NCBI RefSeq assembly: GCF_001194135.2 | Contig: NC_068983.1 | Coordinates: 105,633,610 to 105,697,609 of the forward strand | DNA length: 64,000 bases | From: Octopus bimaculoides | Lineage: Eukaryota | Direction: 5' to 3' | In this document: piece by piece, positions 14,351 to 27,631 of the stretch | Layout: every line of letters begins with the position of its first letter | Position numbering within the stretch: the stretch's first letter is position 1 | The notes under the pieces: generated by a model | What the model was told of the DNA's origin: nothing | Seen by the model: only the letters and a program-made list of their open reading frames with translations | Database searches by the model: none | Made by a program: the position numbers and the translations under genes

Positions 14351-15695
14351 GTAATTTCTATTCTTTAATTTTCTCAGGCTTTACTGTTAAACTCATGCTG
14401 AGAGCCACTATAGTTGATAACTAAATTAGTAGATACATATTAACTATTGTGACTCACAGCATGAAGGATTTAATAACACCACCTATAAATGATAGATTTG
14501 TAAATCTTTAAGATGTTTTGTTATCTTTTAATTACATAATTTCATTAATTGCCATCACCATGAGTTTAAAATTGAGTTAGATGTTTTATTAGGTGGAGTA
14601 ATGGTGGTCATAATGGCCTTCAATATAATGATACAAACCTATTTCTGCATGTATCCAGCTTGCAATTATTACACTTGTGATATATTACTTAATTTAGAAC
14701 AGCTTGTTTTAAATAGATTACTTTCAATATAGAGTGTATCTCTCTTTTATAAAATTTAGTATCATTGACAGAAAGGATCATAGCAGAAAAGTAAATGTGT
14801 TCAATCATTTGGAAAGAAATGAGTAGATATGCTGTGCTGTGTAACAGACTGACAAATTTTGTTGTACAGGTGGATTACTGTTTCAAAAACAGAATAAATT
14901 TTATTGGTGGATGAATTTCATTACTTATATGTTACTTTACCAGCTTTGGAAATTAAACCATGAAATGTTTTTAAAAGTTACAACATTTATTGCCTTTGCC
15001 AACAATGAAAGTGTGTATGCTAAGAACAGCCTTTATAATACCTATGTCAAATGTAGAATGCAACATGGTAGAGAACTGTAACAGTAGATGGCAGTTATAA
15101 TGCACATATAAAGGAAGATAGTTTATGATGTATTGTGTAAATTAAATTTGTCAAAATGACAAGAACTACTATTTTCTACTTTCAGTGTGTGATTAGAATG
15201 AACAGGGCAAGGTTTAAAAAAATAAATAATATAGTTTATTTTATTACTAATATTTTGGAGACTGATTCTTTTTACAGGGCAGATTCCTCTAATTCATGAA
15301 ATTTTGATACTAAAATCATTGATACTTTTGAAAACTACATTTTTATCTATTTTGTACATGTATTCATGCATTTTCCATTTTTCCATATTAATATCAGTTA
15401 AACCAATACATATTATCGAGACATTGTTTTACAGCTAGATGCCCTTGCTATCATTAGCCTTGACCTATTTTTCAAGTTTGAGATTTTTCATTGCAGTCAT
15501 CTTCAAAAATGCAGATCTAGAAACAATTTCAAATTACCATATGTTGTTCACCACTTTTATGTTTGAAGTGCTGTATATTTGTCAAATAAAATTATTTGAA
15601 CTTTTTTGAAAATTCCTTTTCAAAAAATTTTATCCTCTTTACTGTTTCTTGTAAATGTTTGAGAGTTTCTAGAATGTTACCTTTAATTATTGCAG

Positions 15696-15750
15696 GTATG
15701 CACCAAACAAACGATGGCATATTGATACTGTGGTAAAAGTTTTGACAACG
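15696..15750 (+). CDS. AP1G1: AP1G1 exon (YAPNKRWHIDTVVKVLTT)
   Basis: CAG acceptor, GTTAGT donor, 55 nt; conserved RWHIDT motif. Confidence 0.96.
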
Positions 15751-17368
15751 GTTAGTATTGCATTACTGTTGGCATTAAGTTCATTTTGCAAGCTTTAACT
15801 GTTTTGGTTGGTTCCGGATTATGTTACTACTATTATTTATATTTAAATGGTAAATGCGCACTGACTGAATGAGAATAAACTTACTCAGGAACTGGTATTT
15901 GCAATATGAAGTTTCTTACTAATCTAAAAAAAAAAAAATTTTTTTAATAAAAAAGGGATATTTGGCTAAAAGATCTGGTTGAAAAGTATAAAACTTACGA
16001 ACATGTCACTGAAGTTTTAGAAACAATTAAAGGAATGTTCTATTTACTTCAGTGTCCATAACTGAAATAAAGACAGCACACAGAACATAATCCCTCATTG
16101 TAGTTGATTAAGAAATAAGTATAGCTTTAGCTGTAATGTTTAAAACAAATTTGAGTTGTTAGTTTGTAGCTGTATATCTCTTTCTCTCCATATTATGTCC
16201 TATTAGCAACCTTCTATTATTCACTTATCTTTAAACATAATTTGAGAACAATGCTTCATACAGTTCATTATTTTAGGTAGTGGTGTCACTATGCACATAC
16301 AAAAGACTAGATTCTAAGTATTATTTACATATCAGTGCCATTCACCCAAGACACAGAGACCATAACGAAGGAGACATATACTTTAAGAAAACTGATTCTT
16401 TGCCATCAAATTTCATGGCAAAGAATCCAAACTAAATTGAAAACATGTTATAGCTTTACCAGTTCTCTCCCATCCTATCATTTCATCTGTGCAATAAACT
16501 AGTATCAAAAACAAGTCCTTTCACCACATAAGCTTTACATACACTATAGTTACATATCATTCAGCTGAAAAAAAAATAGTAATGCCCCAGTTGAATATGG
16601 AAATGGTTTCAGAGTTTAAATGAATAAAATTTGTAACCTCTTTGTAAGAATACAAGACTATAAATGAACAGTCATTTGATAGTTGTTCTAAGTTCAAACA
16701 ACTTGTAATTGTCTAAGCTATATGGTCTGAAAAGTCGAAAATTTGAGACAATTTTAAAATTATTGAATTTTAAAAACATTGAGACTAGTTTTAAATTTTA
16801 AAAAAAATTACAACTCTGAAACTCAATTCTGTGATGGTACTCTAGTTCTAAAGTTTTCAGGCATCTGTACACTTGCACAAATCAAATTCTAGAATAATTT
16901 TCTTTTAGTTCTTGGGGTGTTAAACTATTCTGGTTAAGCCAAATATCCGTGTATGTGTAATACAAGCAATATTAACAAGATTCATGTACACTAATAAACC
17001 TTTCAAACATTAATCCTAAGATACACTCACTCAAAAATACACTCAGCAAGCAACAATAGAAGCTATTTATTCCTATCTGTTCATTGAATTACATAATATC
17101 TATTATCTGTGTGTGTGTTAATCATTGATATGATATTGGAAAATATTGTGCTTATAGTAGAAAAGATTATTATATAAGATGGCTTGCTAGCAGAATCATT
17201 AGCATGCCAGACAAAATGCTTAGTGGAAATTCATCCATCTTAACTTTCAGAATTAAAATTCCACCAAGTTCGACTTTGCTTTTCGTCCTTTCAGGGTCAA
17301 TAAAATAAGTACCAGTTGATGTAATTGACTTACACCCTCCCCCGAAATTGCTGGCCAAAATTTAAAAC

Positions 17369-17369
<1 letters not shown>

Positions 17370-17408
<39 letters not shown>
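17370..17408. repeat. (ATT)n microsatellite; the window also holds many (TA)n and (CA)n tracts, most N-gaps abutting them
   Basis: Directly visible. Confidence 0.9.
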
Positions 17409-17410
<2 letters not shown>

Positions 17411-17926
17411 GGCAGCAACTTGGAAGGATCAATTTGCCTTTCATCCATTCCCACCCCCACACAAAATGCAGGCCTTGTGCATATAGTAAGAATAATTATT
17501 ATTCTGAAGGCAGCAAGCTGGCAGAATTACTAGCATGTCAGGCAAAATGCTTAGTGGCATTTCTTCTAGCTATACTCTAAGTTCAAATTCTTCTGAGGTT
17601 GACTTTGCCTTTGAGTCCTTGTGCCTATAGTAGAAAGAATTATTAAGCTTGTCTTTTATCCTTTCAATTATTAGAACTATAACAAAGAATGCTTGACTTC
17701 TTGCCACCAATTTCACCTTTGTCAGACACTGTGTCATCTATTTATACATTGTATTTTACTATAATTTTGTGGTATGGTAATAAATTAATTGAACAGTATT
17801 TAAAATTTTTTTAATTTTTAAGGCTCTTGCAATTATTCATTTATTTGCTAATATAAAATTGAAAATTCTTATTTTTATTTGCTGAAATACTAAACCTTCA
17901 TTCTTGACTGCTTCTGATTTTTCTAG

Positions 17927-18139
17927 GCTGGTAATTCAGTGCGTGGAGATGTAGTCTCTATTTTGATTCAGTTAATAGCTAGTACCAGCAATCTACATAC
18001 ATACACAGTTTATCAACTGTATAAAGCTATTGGAATGGATATCGAGCAGCAACCTTTGGTCCAAGTTGCTTCTTGGTGTATTGGTGAATATGGAGACCTT
18101 CTAGTGAATGGACATTGTGATGAAGAAGAACCATTAAAT
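17927..18139 (+). CDS. AP1G1: AP1G1 exon ([10 protein letters not shown]...[10 protein letters not shown]...EEPLN)
   Basis: TAG acceptor, GTGAGA donor, 213 nt; conserved WCIGEYGD motif. Confidence 0.96.
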
Positions 18140-18513
18140 GTGAGAACATTTCTAATTACATATTTTCAAATGCCTTTTTAAGCGTAAAATACTTCTCTAA
18201 ATACAATATGGAATAATTCTTTTAAAACTTTTATAGTTTTTTTTTTTTAATCTGTGTAACTTTTCTATTCAGTTTGGTCTACTTTTTTAATATACACTTA
18301 TCAATCGTGTAATAAGGCCTGTGGCATAATAGATAACCTTCCTAGCTCATAATTTCTGGGAATAGGCATGGCTTTGTGATTAAAAAGCAACACTTCACTA
18401 CCATATGGTTCCAGGTTTGATTGCACTGCTTGGGCAAGTGTTTACTACCAAAGCCATGCGAATGAGATTCAGTTGATAGAAAATGTATGGAAGCCCATCA
18501 AATGTATATGTAT

Positions 18514-18553
<40 letters not shown>

Positions 18554-19574
18554 TTAGATAGATATATGAATAGTCACAGGCATGGCTGTGCAGTTAAGAA
18601 GTTTGCTTTCCCACCCATGTAGTTTTAGAATCAGTTCCACTGTGTGGCATCTTGAGCAAATGCCTTCTATATATAGCTCTGTGCCAACCAAACCCTTATG
18701 AGTGGAATCGGTACATGGAAACTGTAAGAAAGCCTATCATATGTATTTATGTGTTTGTTTGTTTTTTGTTTTTTTTTCTGACATGCAATACATATAAACA
18801 GACATCACCATTATACAAACCAATGTCCTTCATTTCCCCATTTTTGGGGGAAGCATATTACTCAGCTTGGGTGCAAAAGCGGAAGGGCATCTAACCATTG
18901 AAAATTTGTTTCAAATTCCATCTGACCCATGCAAGCATAGAAAAGTAGTTATTAAACCTTTGATGTTCAGGCTGGCCAGATCTGGCTTCTTACACCTACT
19001 CTTCAATGTCATGCTAAAAAATAAACAATAACATGATAGAACTCTCAAAGCTATGAGATAATCCATGATTAATTCAAAACAATGTGGATAGATAAGCATT
19101 ACAGTTGATTGAGTAATCTGAATGCTCAAGAATTAAACAATTTGTGTCTGTTCTGAGTTCAAATCACACCCAGGTTGACTTTGTCATTCACCCTTCTGTG
19201 ATTGATGAAATAAATATTGGCATCTATATAAATCGACTGGACCATGTATTGAAGTGTTCTAGGTGGCCAATATGCCAATGACTGGGACCATGAAAACAAT
19301 AAAATAATCGAACCTTAAATCAGTGATACCAAGTGCTCAATTAACTTCTTTTTTTTTTCTATTATATTTATAAACTATGTGTATTTTTCTGCATCTGTAA
19401 ACATTTTCTATAGTCATTTAATTTTTGATAAAAATTAGTTTCTTTAAGTAGTCGTTTCATACTTTTTTTGGTTTAGTTAGTGTGTTTGTAAGGTAGAGCA
19501 AATAGACCTGGGAGCTAAGACATCAATTTAGGAATTATACAAACAAGGATAAAGAATATGTATACCAATAATCA

Positions 19575-19883
19575 TTGCAAGTGAAAAGACATTCAAGCGA
19601 GATCGTTGCCAGTGCCGATGAACTGGCTCCTGTGCAGGTGGCACGTAAAATACACCATTTCGAACGTGGCTGTCGCCAGTACCGCCTGACTGGCCCTCGT
19701 GCCGGTGGCACGTAAAACACTCATTACACTCTCGGAGTGGTTGGCGTTAGGAAGGGCATCCAGCTGTAGAAACTCTGCCAAATCAGATTGGAGCCTGGTG
19801 TCGCCTCCTGGTCCACCAGTCCTCAGTCAAATCGTCCAACCCATGCTAGCATGGAAAGCGGACGTTAAACGACGATGATGATT
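19575..19883 (+). mobile_element. RTE-type 3' UTR copy in an AP1G1 intron
   Basis: GGTTGGCGTTAGGAAGGGCATCC..GGACGTTAAACGACGATGATGAT. Confidence 0.75.
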
Positions 19884-20152
19884 GCATATGTACTTAATTG
19901 TTGAATGTTCCATACAAATATTTCGTGTAATATTTCCTCTTTATATATACTCTTCACCTTCTCTATTACAATTTTTCTCCTTTTTTTCATTACAAAGAAC
20001 TTTCACATTGACACAAAGTGAGTTACTTTCTCTTTGTCAAAATTAATGCTATGATTGTTTATTAATTTCACTAAATTATTATTCTTATAAATTTTCTAAA
20101 TATCTATCCATAAGAAAGTAATTGTTACTTTTTACATAAATTCTAATTACAG

Positions 20153-20283
20153 GTAAAAGAAGATGATGTTATATCTGCTTTAGAGAAAGTCCTCTCTAAC
20201 AACAATTCTTCTATTGTATCTAAAGAATATGCCATAACAGCACTACTGAAACTTAGTACCAGATTTTCAGAACTTTCTTCGAA
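20153..20283 (+). CDS. AP1G1: AP1G1 exon (VKEDDVISALEKVL...ALLKLSTRFSELSS)
   Basis: CAG acceptor, GTGAGT donor, 131 nt; KLSTRF motif. Confidence 0.95.
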
Positions 20284-20372
20284 GTGAGTAATTGCTAAAT
20301 TTAATTTCTAAATATTTATTTTTTTGTTTTTTTTGTTTTAGAAATTTTGGTTTATAAATGGTCATTGGTGTA

Positions 20373-20712
20373 AGCATGGCTGTATCAGTAAGAAGCTTGC
20401 TTCTCAACCATGTGGTCTTGAGTTCAGTTCCACTGTACAACACCTTGAGCAAGTACCTTCTACTAAAGCTCTAGGCCAACTAAAGCCTTGTGAGTGGATT
20501 TCATAGATAGAAACTGGAAGAAAACCATTGTGTGTGTTACTTTTGTGCCCCATCACTGCTTAACAACCAGGGCTGGTTTGTTTACATCCCTGTAACTTAG
20601 TGTTTCAGCAAAAGGGATCACTAGAGTAATCACTTAAAAAGTACTGGGATCAATTTGTTCAACTAAACCCTTCAAAGCGGTACCCCAGCATCACTGCAGT
20701 CCAGTGTCTAAA
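20373..20712 (+). mobile_element. SINE family B copy
   Basis: GCATGGCTGT..CTTGCTTCTCAACCATGTGG..GAAACTG; other + copies near 18365, 18580, 27630, 33570, 36240, 38300, 59730. Confidence 0.75.
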
Positions 20713-20843
20713 ACTAATAAAAGATAAAAGAAAAATATATATCTTCTTATCTATGTCTGTTCATTTATATGATTCTTAAATATTAATAGCTTTTTTAAAG
20801 TCTATGTGTTAATTTAAGTTGGCTTTTATTTTAAAATTTACAG

Positions 20844-20948
20844 AAAAATTAAAGATGCAATTATTAAATATAGTCGGAGTACTATAGTAGAATTACAGCA
20901 GCGATCTATAGAATATTCTTCTCTCTTCTCCAAATATGATCATATGAG
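20844..20948 (+). CDS. AP1G1: AP1G1 exon (KIKDAIIKYSRSTIVELQQRSIEYSSLFSKYDHM)
   Basis: CAG acceptor, GTAAGA donor, 105 nt; ELQQR motif. Confidence 0.95.
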
Positions 20949-21414
20949 GTAAGACTTGCTTCAAACTTTTATATCTCTTAATACTCATAATTTTTGATAA
21001 ATTTCATGGTGAGGATATATCTGATTCTATTTGACTATTCTTTCACTTGAGAGTCCTTATACTGAACAAATTTCTATATATTTATTATTCTTTTTGAGTG
21101 TTTTTGTATATTCCAGTTATTTCCTTTTGAATTATTACCAGTGTTTTCATGTAACATCATTTAAAGTTAAATGTTTTTGTTCATAAACTTTTATATCATG
21201 TTAATTGTTAGCCTTACATTATAAAGCTTACTCTGAAGTACGATGTAGTGTTTTACAAACTCCATTTACTTGCATTTTAAAGCCATAACTCAGTGTCACT
21301 GTCATATGTGACATTTTTTTGTGTACATTCATGTTGATTTTATTCTATTTTCTCTTGTTATTATGGAATCAGCTTAGATTTCTTCATAATTTTCTCTTGA
21401 ATTTATTCTTGTAG

Positions 21415-21550
21415 AGGTGCCCTGCTGGAACACATGCCTTTGATTGAGAGTAAACGTCAGAGTATGTACAACAATGAAAGTTTACAAGAAAATGACTTAT
21501 TAAATGGAGATGTTGAAAAGACCAATGTACAGAACACTCAACACACTGAG
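21415..21550 (+). CDS. AP1G1: AP1G1 exon (GALLEHMPLIESKRQ...NTQHTE), trunk end and hinge start
   Basis: TAG acceptor; ALLEHMP motif; donor GTATAT runs into a (TA)n tract; 136 nt restores phase 0. Confidence 0.9.
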
Positions 21551-22118
21551 GTATATATATATATATATAGATACATGTATATGTATATATATATATCTTT
21601 TAACATTTTAAATTACCTAATGTTTAAAGTTTGCTAGTATAATTGTAGAAAATACAATTTTTAAACATTGTGCCTAAATGTTTAACAATTAATTTGTAAA
21701 TTAATCTAAGTAATGTTTCAAACAGCAGTCTTTGCTGGTAAAGAAAAATGAATTGGATTTCTCATAGTCATCTTTTGCTTACAACAAATTGTTGTTAATA
21801 TTATTTTTTTGGTAATATTATTTTACCAGATTCTTGTTGTTTGAAATACATATTTACTCACAGAACTGTTAAAAGTATTTTGAAATTTACAACTACATCG
21901 TTTAAATTTTGTACCAGTCATGTATTTTGTCAGTATGTTATTATAGTTAGTAAATTGAAAGAAGAGTAGCTTTAAGCAGTTATCTTGTGACATACTTTTC
22001 AAAAATATAAATTCAACATAGCTAGTTTTATTGTAATATTGTAATTTTAAAATCTATGTTGAAATCTCCACTAACAGACCCTAATTAATTTGCTGTTTTT
22101 ATATTCTATTGTTTACAG

Positions 22119-22269
22119 AGTCAAAATATTTTGGATCTTATTGGTGATCTTGGATCTGATCCAGTCATAAATACCAACCAAGAACCACAGAAACCGACTG
22201 CTGCCACAGATCTTCTTGATCTTCTTGATGTTGGCGTCAGCAGTACTAATTCAGACAATATAAATACAG
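22119..22269 (+). CDS. AP1G1: AP1G1 hinge exon with ILDLI and DLLDLLD motifs
   Basis: CAG acceptor, GTTAGT donor, 151 nt; DLL-type motifs typical of the gamma-adaptin hinge. Confidence 0.92.
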
Positions 22270-22937
22270 GTTAGTTTTTTTTTTGTCTATTCCTCCACAT
22301 CTTTTTTGTTACACAATTCAATTTTTACAACGGTTTGAGATAAAATGTAAGCTTATAAAACTAAATGTTATATAAACTCTATAGCTTACAGAGATCAATG
22401 ATATATAAACCAGTTTGCAATATTGCTTTATCAGTGTTTGAAAATCATTTCTTTAAAAATTGTTTGCTAATTAACTATTTAGCAAAGCAGTCTTTTACCA
22501 CCCTCTCTCTCTTTCAACAAAACAAAACTTGATATTCTTAGTGAATTTCAAGAAAATATGGTTACTTAAACAGATCACAGAGAAGACCAACCTATAAACA
22601 GTAAAATCATCACCTTTCCTAAATATCATCATTATTATTTAACACCTACTTTTCCATGCTTGCATGGGTTAGACAGAATTTGTTGAGATAGATTTTCTAA
22701 CAGTCAAATGCCATACCTGTCACCAACCCTCACTTTGTTTCCGAGGTCATATGTCCTCTAGCCAGACACTTTTTTTTCCCCCACAAAAAGGTTGCAAATG
22801 AACAACATCGCTTGTATGATAGTGATGCTTGTTTACAACCATTGTATGATGGCAAAACAAGGGTGTGTGTGTGTGTGTGTGTGCACGTGCACGCGCACAC
22901 ACTCGCACACACACACGCACATATAATGGACTACTGT

Positions 22938-23078
22938 TAGTTTCTGTCTACCAAATCCATTCACAAGGCTTTAGTCATCCCAAGTCTATCGAAGAAATAC
23001 ACTTGTCCAAGGTGTTGTGCAGTGGAACTGAACCTAAGACCACATGGTTGAGAAGCAAGTTTTTTAACCACACAGTCT
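22938..23078 (-). mobile_element. SINE family B head, minus strand
   Basis: Reverse complement of the 20373 head; other - copies near 13130, 49420, 55570. Confidence 0.75.
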
Positions 23079-23230
23079 CATCCACAAATTTCTGTTTTAA
23101 CACAGTATTACTACAATTCTCTCCACCACCTACAAATCATTCAAAACTGTACATTGCTTCATTACAGGCTCCAAACTACATCACGAACCACATCTTGTCT
23201 AAAATATGACAAATTCTTTTCTTTCTGTAG

Positions 23231-23311
23231 GTCCCCCTTCAATGAATAATTTGATAGATGGCCTTATACATTCATCTACACCTTTGAACAATCAAATTAA
23301 TGGCAAATCTG
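23231..23311 (+). CDS. AP1G1: AP1G1 hinge exon (PPSMNNLIDGLIHSSTPLNNQINGKS)
   Basis: TAG acceptor, GTGAGT donor, 81 nt, phase 1-1, joins both neighbours in frame. Confidence 0.88.
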
Positions 23312-23759
23312 GTGAGTGATTTTAAGTTTCATTTACAGTTCTCTAAATTGAGAATGAAATTTCATGAATTATATATTAAATCTAATTAAAATTTGATATT
23401 ATAGGTAAAGATAATAATGCTTAAGAAAACAAACAATTAAATCTTAGTCAGTTTTTGTTAATACATATAAATCCAAAGAAACATTTGTATCTTCATTTTT
23501 ATATTTATTATGAGAGAAAGGAAAAAGATAGGGAGATGATGTTCCCTGTTTCATCATCAAATAATTTAGAGAGTTTCAGAAAAAAAATAGTGAGAGTTGT
23601 GTAAATTCAATCTATATGCAAGATAATAAAGTTTAATTTGGCAAATTTACATTTTTGGTGTATTGGGTTACTAAATAATAACTCGTAAAGTTGGCTTACT
23701 AGTAAACATTTGAAATTTACTAGTCAAGGGAGAATATAGTTTTATTATTATCATTTGAT

Positions 23760-24163
23760 GCTTGTGTTTTTTGATGCTACGTATGTTGGCACTCTGTCGC
23801 TTATGACGTCGAGGGGTCCAGTTGATCCAATCAACGGAACCGCCTGCTTGTGAAATTAACGTGCAAGTGGCTGAGCACTCCACAGACACGTGTACCCTTA
23901 ACATAGTTCTCGGGGATATTCAGCGTGACACAGTGTGACAAGGCTGACCCTTTGAATTACGGGCACAACAGAAACAGGAAGTAAGAGTGAGAGGAAGTTG
24001 TGGTGAAAGAGTACAGCAGGGTTTGCCGCCATCCCCTACCGGAGCCTCGTGGAGCTTTAGGTATTTTCGCTCAATAAATACTCACAACGCCCAGTCTGGG
24101 AATCGAAACTGTGATCCTATGACCGCGAGTCCACTGCCCTAACCACTGGGCCATTGCGCCTCC
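23760..24163 (-). mobile_element. tRNA-headed SINE family E with a conserved central domain
   Basis: Minus head GGAGGCGCAATGGCCCAGTGGTTAGGG (A box) and GTTTCGATTCC (B box-like); CpG-rich, so probably young. Confidence 0.8.
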
Positions 24164-24882
24164 ATGATGCTACTTATATTGCATAGGTATCATCATCATC
24201 AGGTTAGACATGTTTCTCTGAGTGAGCATTATGTGGCTGGTCTATTGTCACTGGTTTTGATCGTTTCACTTCTCTTCTCTGAGGCCCAGCATCCTTTGGT
24301 CTCACTTTATCAATTCTTCCCAAGTGTGTATTTTGGGAAGAACAAAGAAAACCTGACTGGCTTTCTACAGATTCAATCACTTGAACTGACTATCTAATAG
24401 ACATATTAAGAAACTCTGTTGCTATCTGCTAATATGATAGTCATAAACACATAAAATGCACCCAGTACGCTCTGTAAAATCATTATTATTAGGACATTCA
24501 GCTGTAGAAACCCTACCAGAAATGGAGCATATGAATGAGACAGGTATTCCAACTCATCTATCAGGTAATGACTCCAAATAAAGACGGACTTGGACAATGA
24601 CAACCCATCCTACATCAGCCAACATAGAAAACGAACAAAACAATAACATTTGTGCTTGCCTAGATTAATATTTTCAAGCATTAACTAAAACGAAAAAAAA
24701 AGCAACAGTTGGTTGTTATTTTTGTTAGCAACCAGCAGTTTGATATAGATAAAAACAATCATGCAATCTTAGAAAGCATACATATACCCATGAATGTGTA
24801 CATAAATGCATGCATGCATATATATTATGTATATTGATTATTCTTTGTTATTTTCTTTTTAACACTAAATTCTTTTTTGTAG

Positions 24883-25043
24883 GTTTAGCAACTATTGTGG
24901 CTTTCAATAAGAATGGTTTGTTAATTGAGTTTCATTGTGAAAAGGATGAGACTCAGAGTGGTGTCACAACCATCAACCTTAAGGCTACCAACACTACTCC
25001 ATTGGCAATATCAGACTTTGTATTTCAGGCTGCCGTTCCAAAG
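24883..25043 (+). CDS. AP1G1: AP1G1 GAE (ear) domain exon (LATIVAFNKNGLLIEF...DFVFQAAVPK)
   Basis: TAG acceptor, GTAATT donor, 161 nt; FQAAVPK signature. Confidence 0.96.
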
Positions 25044-25688
25044 GTAATTATTTCTAAGTTAGTTTTTGTTGTTTTCAGTCTCTTGGACTTTCGTGATTGA
25101 TGTTTTTTTATGAACACCACAGTAATTTTAGTTTGTGTTATCATTTTAGGAGTCAAGTAGAAAATCTATAGCCAGTACAGAACATCTATAGCATGAGTTT
25201 TGGGACTTAAATTTACTAACTTCTACTCTCAGAAGTTAGAAAAATAAGCTGTCACACTCATGTTTATCATCATAATTATCATCACCACCACCATCATCAT
25301 CATCTCTATCATTATTATTTCATTTAAGAAACCTTGTTTTCTTTTCCTGATTAATTTTTTAATAATTTCATTAAAGTGGGCATGTGGGCAGTGCCAAAAC
25401 CTTTTCAAACCTTCCTCACCTGAAAAAAAAAATGACAAATGGATTACATCACTGTGGTTGGTATTTGAGCAAAAACACTGGACAAGTTTAGGTATGAGGA
25501 GAAAAAATTATGAAAAATGCAATGCTTAATACATAATCTAGGGACTGAAATGAAATGAAAAGAAACAGACCAGACAAGTGAATTTTGGTAGAAGGAATTT
25601 ATAGTTAGCAAGTGCCATTGTTTTAGCAACAAAAAGACACAGATACTTTCTAGCAAATGGTTAATGAGTGAAGATTTATTTATTAGGC

Positions 25689-25729
<41 letters not shown>

Positions 25730-27420
25730 ATGTAATCCATGTTGGTGTATCTAATAAGAGTACCATTCTATATGCATGAGTTGAGCAGAGTATCCACAGT
25801 AGGGTTACATTACATCTTCTATAGTGAGTAGCTCTTTCCATAAAGGCTAAAGAATATTATGGGCCTGAAAAAGAAATCCCTTTGAGGCTTTGGTTTATAT
25901 TGTACATCTGAAACTGTTACACAGTTGGTGGTAAGGACTAGAATTTGTAGAGAATAAGATGGTTTTAGCTAAGTGTAATTATTAATGATGTATTTTAGCA
26001 TTGTTTGAGATTCTGCTTCTATCACATTTTTAAAGTTTCTATTTATGATTGATGTGTATGTCTACCAATTCAAGAAATGTTGGGGTTCTATGTGCATGTA
26101 GTTTGAATGCAAAAAGAGAATGAAGTGTAGTGTAATGCCATCTGTACAACATTATGTGCAATTATAGGTAGCAGTAAGTAGGTAATTCATGTAAAGAAGT
26201 CAGTGGGAAAGATAATCAAAGACTTGGGGTACACTTAAGCTAATAGAATGATGAATGTTGAGAGCACTGTCAATTCTGCAATAGAGAAACTTGATATGAA
26301 GATCTTCTAATTTAGATTATTAAGGATATCTAGAACCCATATAACTAGCATTTGTATCTTGAAGGTTCAAAAGTTAGTCATGTATGGTTACAAACACCTC
26401 TTCATGAGCTACAAAAATGTGTTTCCATTGCGTTATAAAGAATGTAATTAAAGGGGAGTTTCTATAGGTAGACCATAATCACCATCAGTATTATAACTTT
26501 TCTTTCCTACTGTAGGCAGAATTGGATGCAGAGCCAATAACAGTTATTTGTTATGTATATTATACAGTCTCGTTGTTCAGGATACATCCACATGAAAAGA
26601 TAATGATGTCAATTAAGCCAAAAATACATGAAAATAAAAAAATATTCTGAAGTTAATATTAAGTACTACTCACCAAAAATTTCACTAAAAAAAAATTTAT
26701 TAGAAATACACTTAAATCAACTTACTGACAAACCAAACTGCAACATGTCATATATATTTCTATGACAGTCATATATTCTCTTCAAAGCATTGATTGTGAA
26801 ATTAATGTATTTCATGATGAACAGAAATGTTCATTTAAGAACATTTGTCATAAATTCTATAAGAAATGCTTGATGCTGATATTGGTTTCAGAATTTATTT
26901 TTGCTAGAATCAACCAGTATGACTTTTGTATGATTTGAAGTATGTATTAAACAATAAACCTCAATTGACGTTGAATTAAAAATATATCGTCTAAGAAAGT
27001 AAATAAACATATTGACAAGTACAGCATAGCTTCATTCATCTCTATGTAAATGTTGATAAACTCTTCAATTGGTTAATTTTTCATTTAGATAGACAGTTGA
27101 CTCTCTGTAACACAACACTTTTTTAAAGAGATTATGTGAAGAACCAGATTAAAAAACAAAACAACAACAAAAATTTACTAGAACACTTTTCAGAACATAA
27201 TACTGAGAATTTGTGTTATAATGTAGCTGTTTACATGATCAAATAATTTTTAATTTCTAGTTTTTCATGCTGGTATATGTTGATCAATTGTTCAGCATTA
27301 CTTCTCTTTTCTCTTTATTTTAGTCTTTTCTTGTGTGTGTCTGTTTTTAATGTTCTTCTCTTTTTTTCTGATAATCATTGAGACATGTTAAACACAACTT
27401 TCACTTTTTTAATTTTTCAG

Positions 27421-27519
27421 TCATTCCAACTGCAACTCTTGTCTCCGTCAGGAAATGCCATTCCAGCCCAAAACAAGGGAGCTGTCAGTCAAATAATCAA
27501 AGTGAATAATCCCCAGAAG
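27421..27519 (+). CDS. AP1G1: AP1G1 GAE domain exon (SFQLQLLSPSGNAIPAQNKGAVSQIIKVNNPQK)
   Basis: CAG acceptor, GTATGT donor, 99 nt. Confidence 0.96.
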
Positions 27520-27589
27520 GTATGTCTGTGTGTGTGTGGATGTGTGTATAAGCACAGCTTGCTACAAATAATGTGTGCTATGTTTTTTT

Positions 27590-27629
<40 letters not shown>

Positions 27630-27631
<2 letters not shown>

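Noticed and set aside
24060-24163. tRNA-like A and B boxes
   Set aside because: Continuous with a SINE body and lacking a complete cloverleaf, so not called as a tRNA gene.
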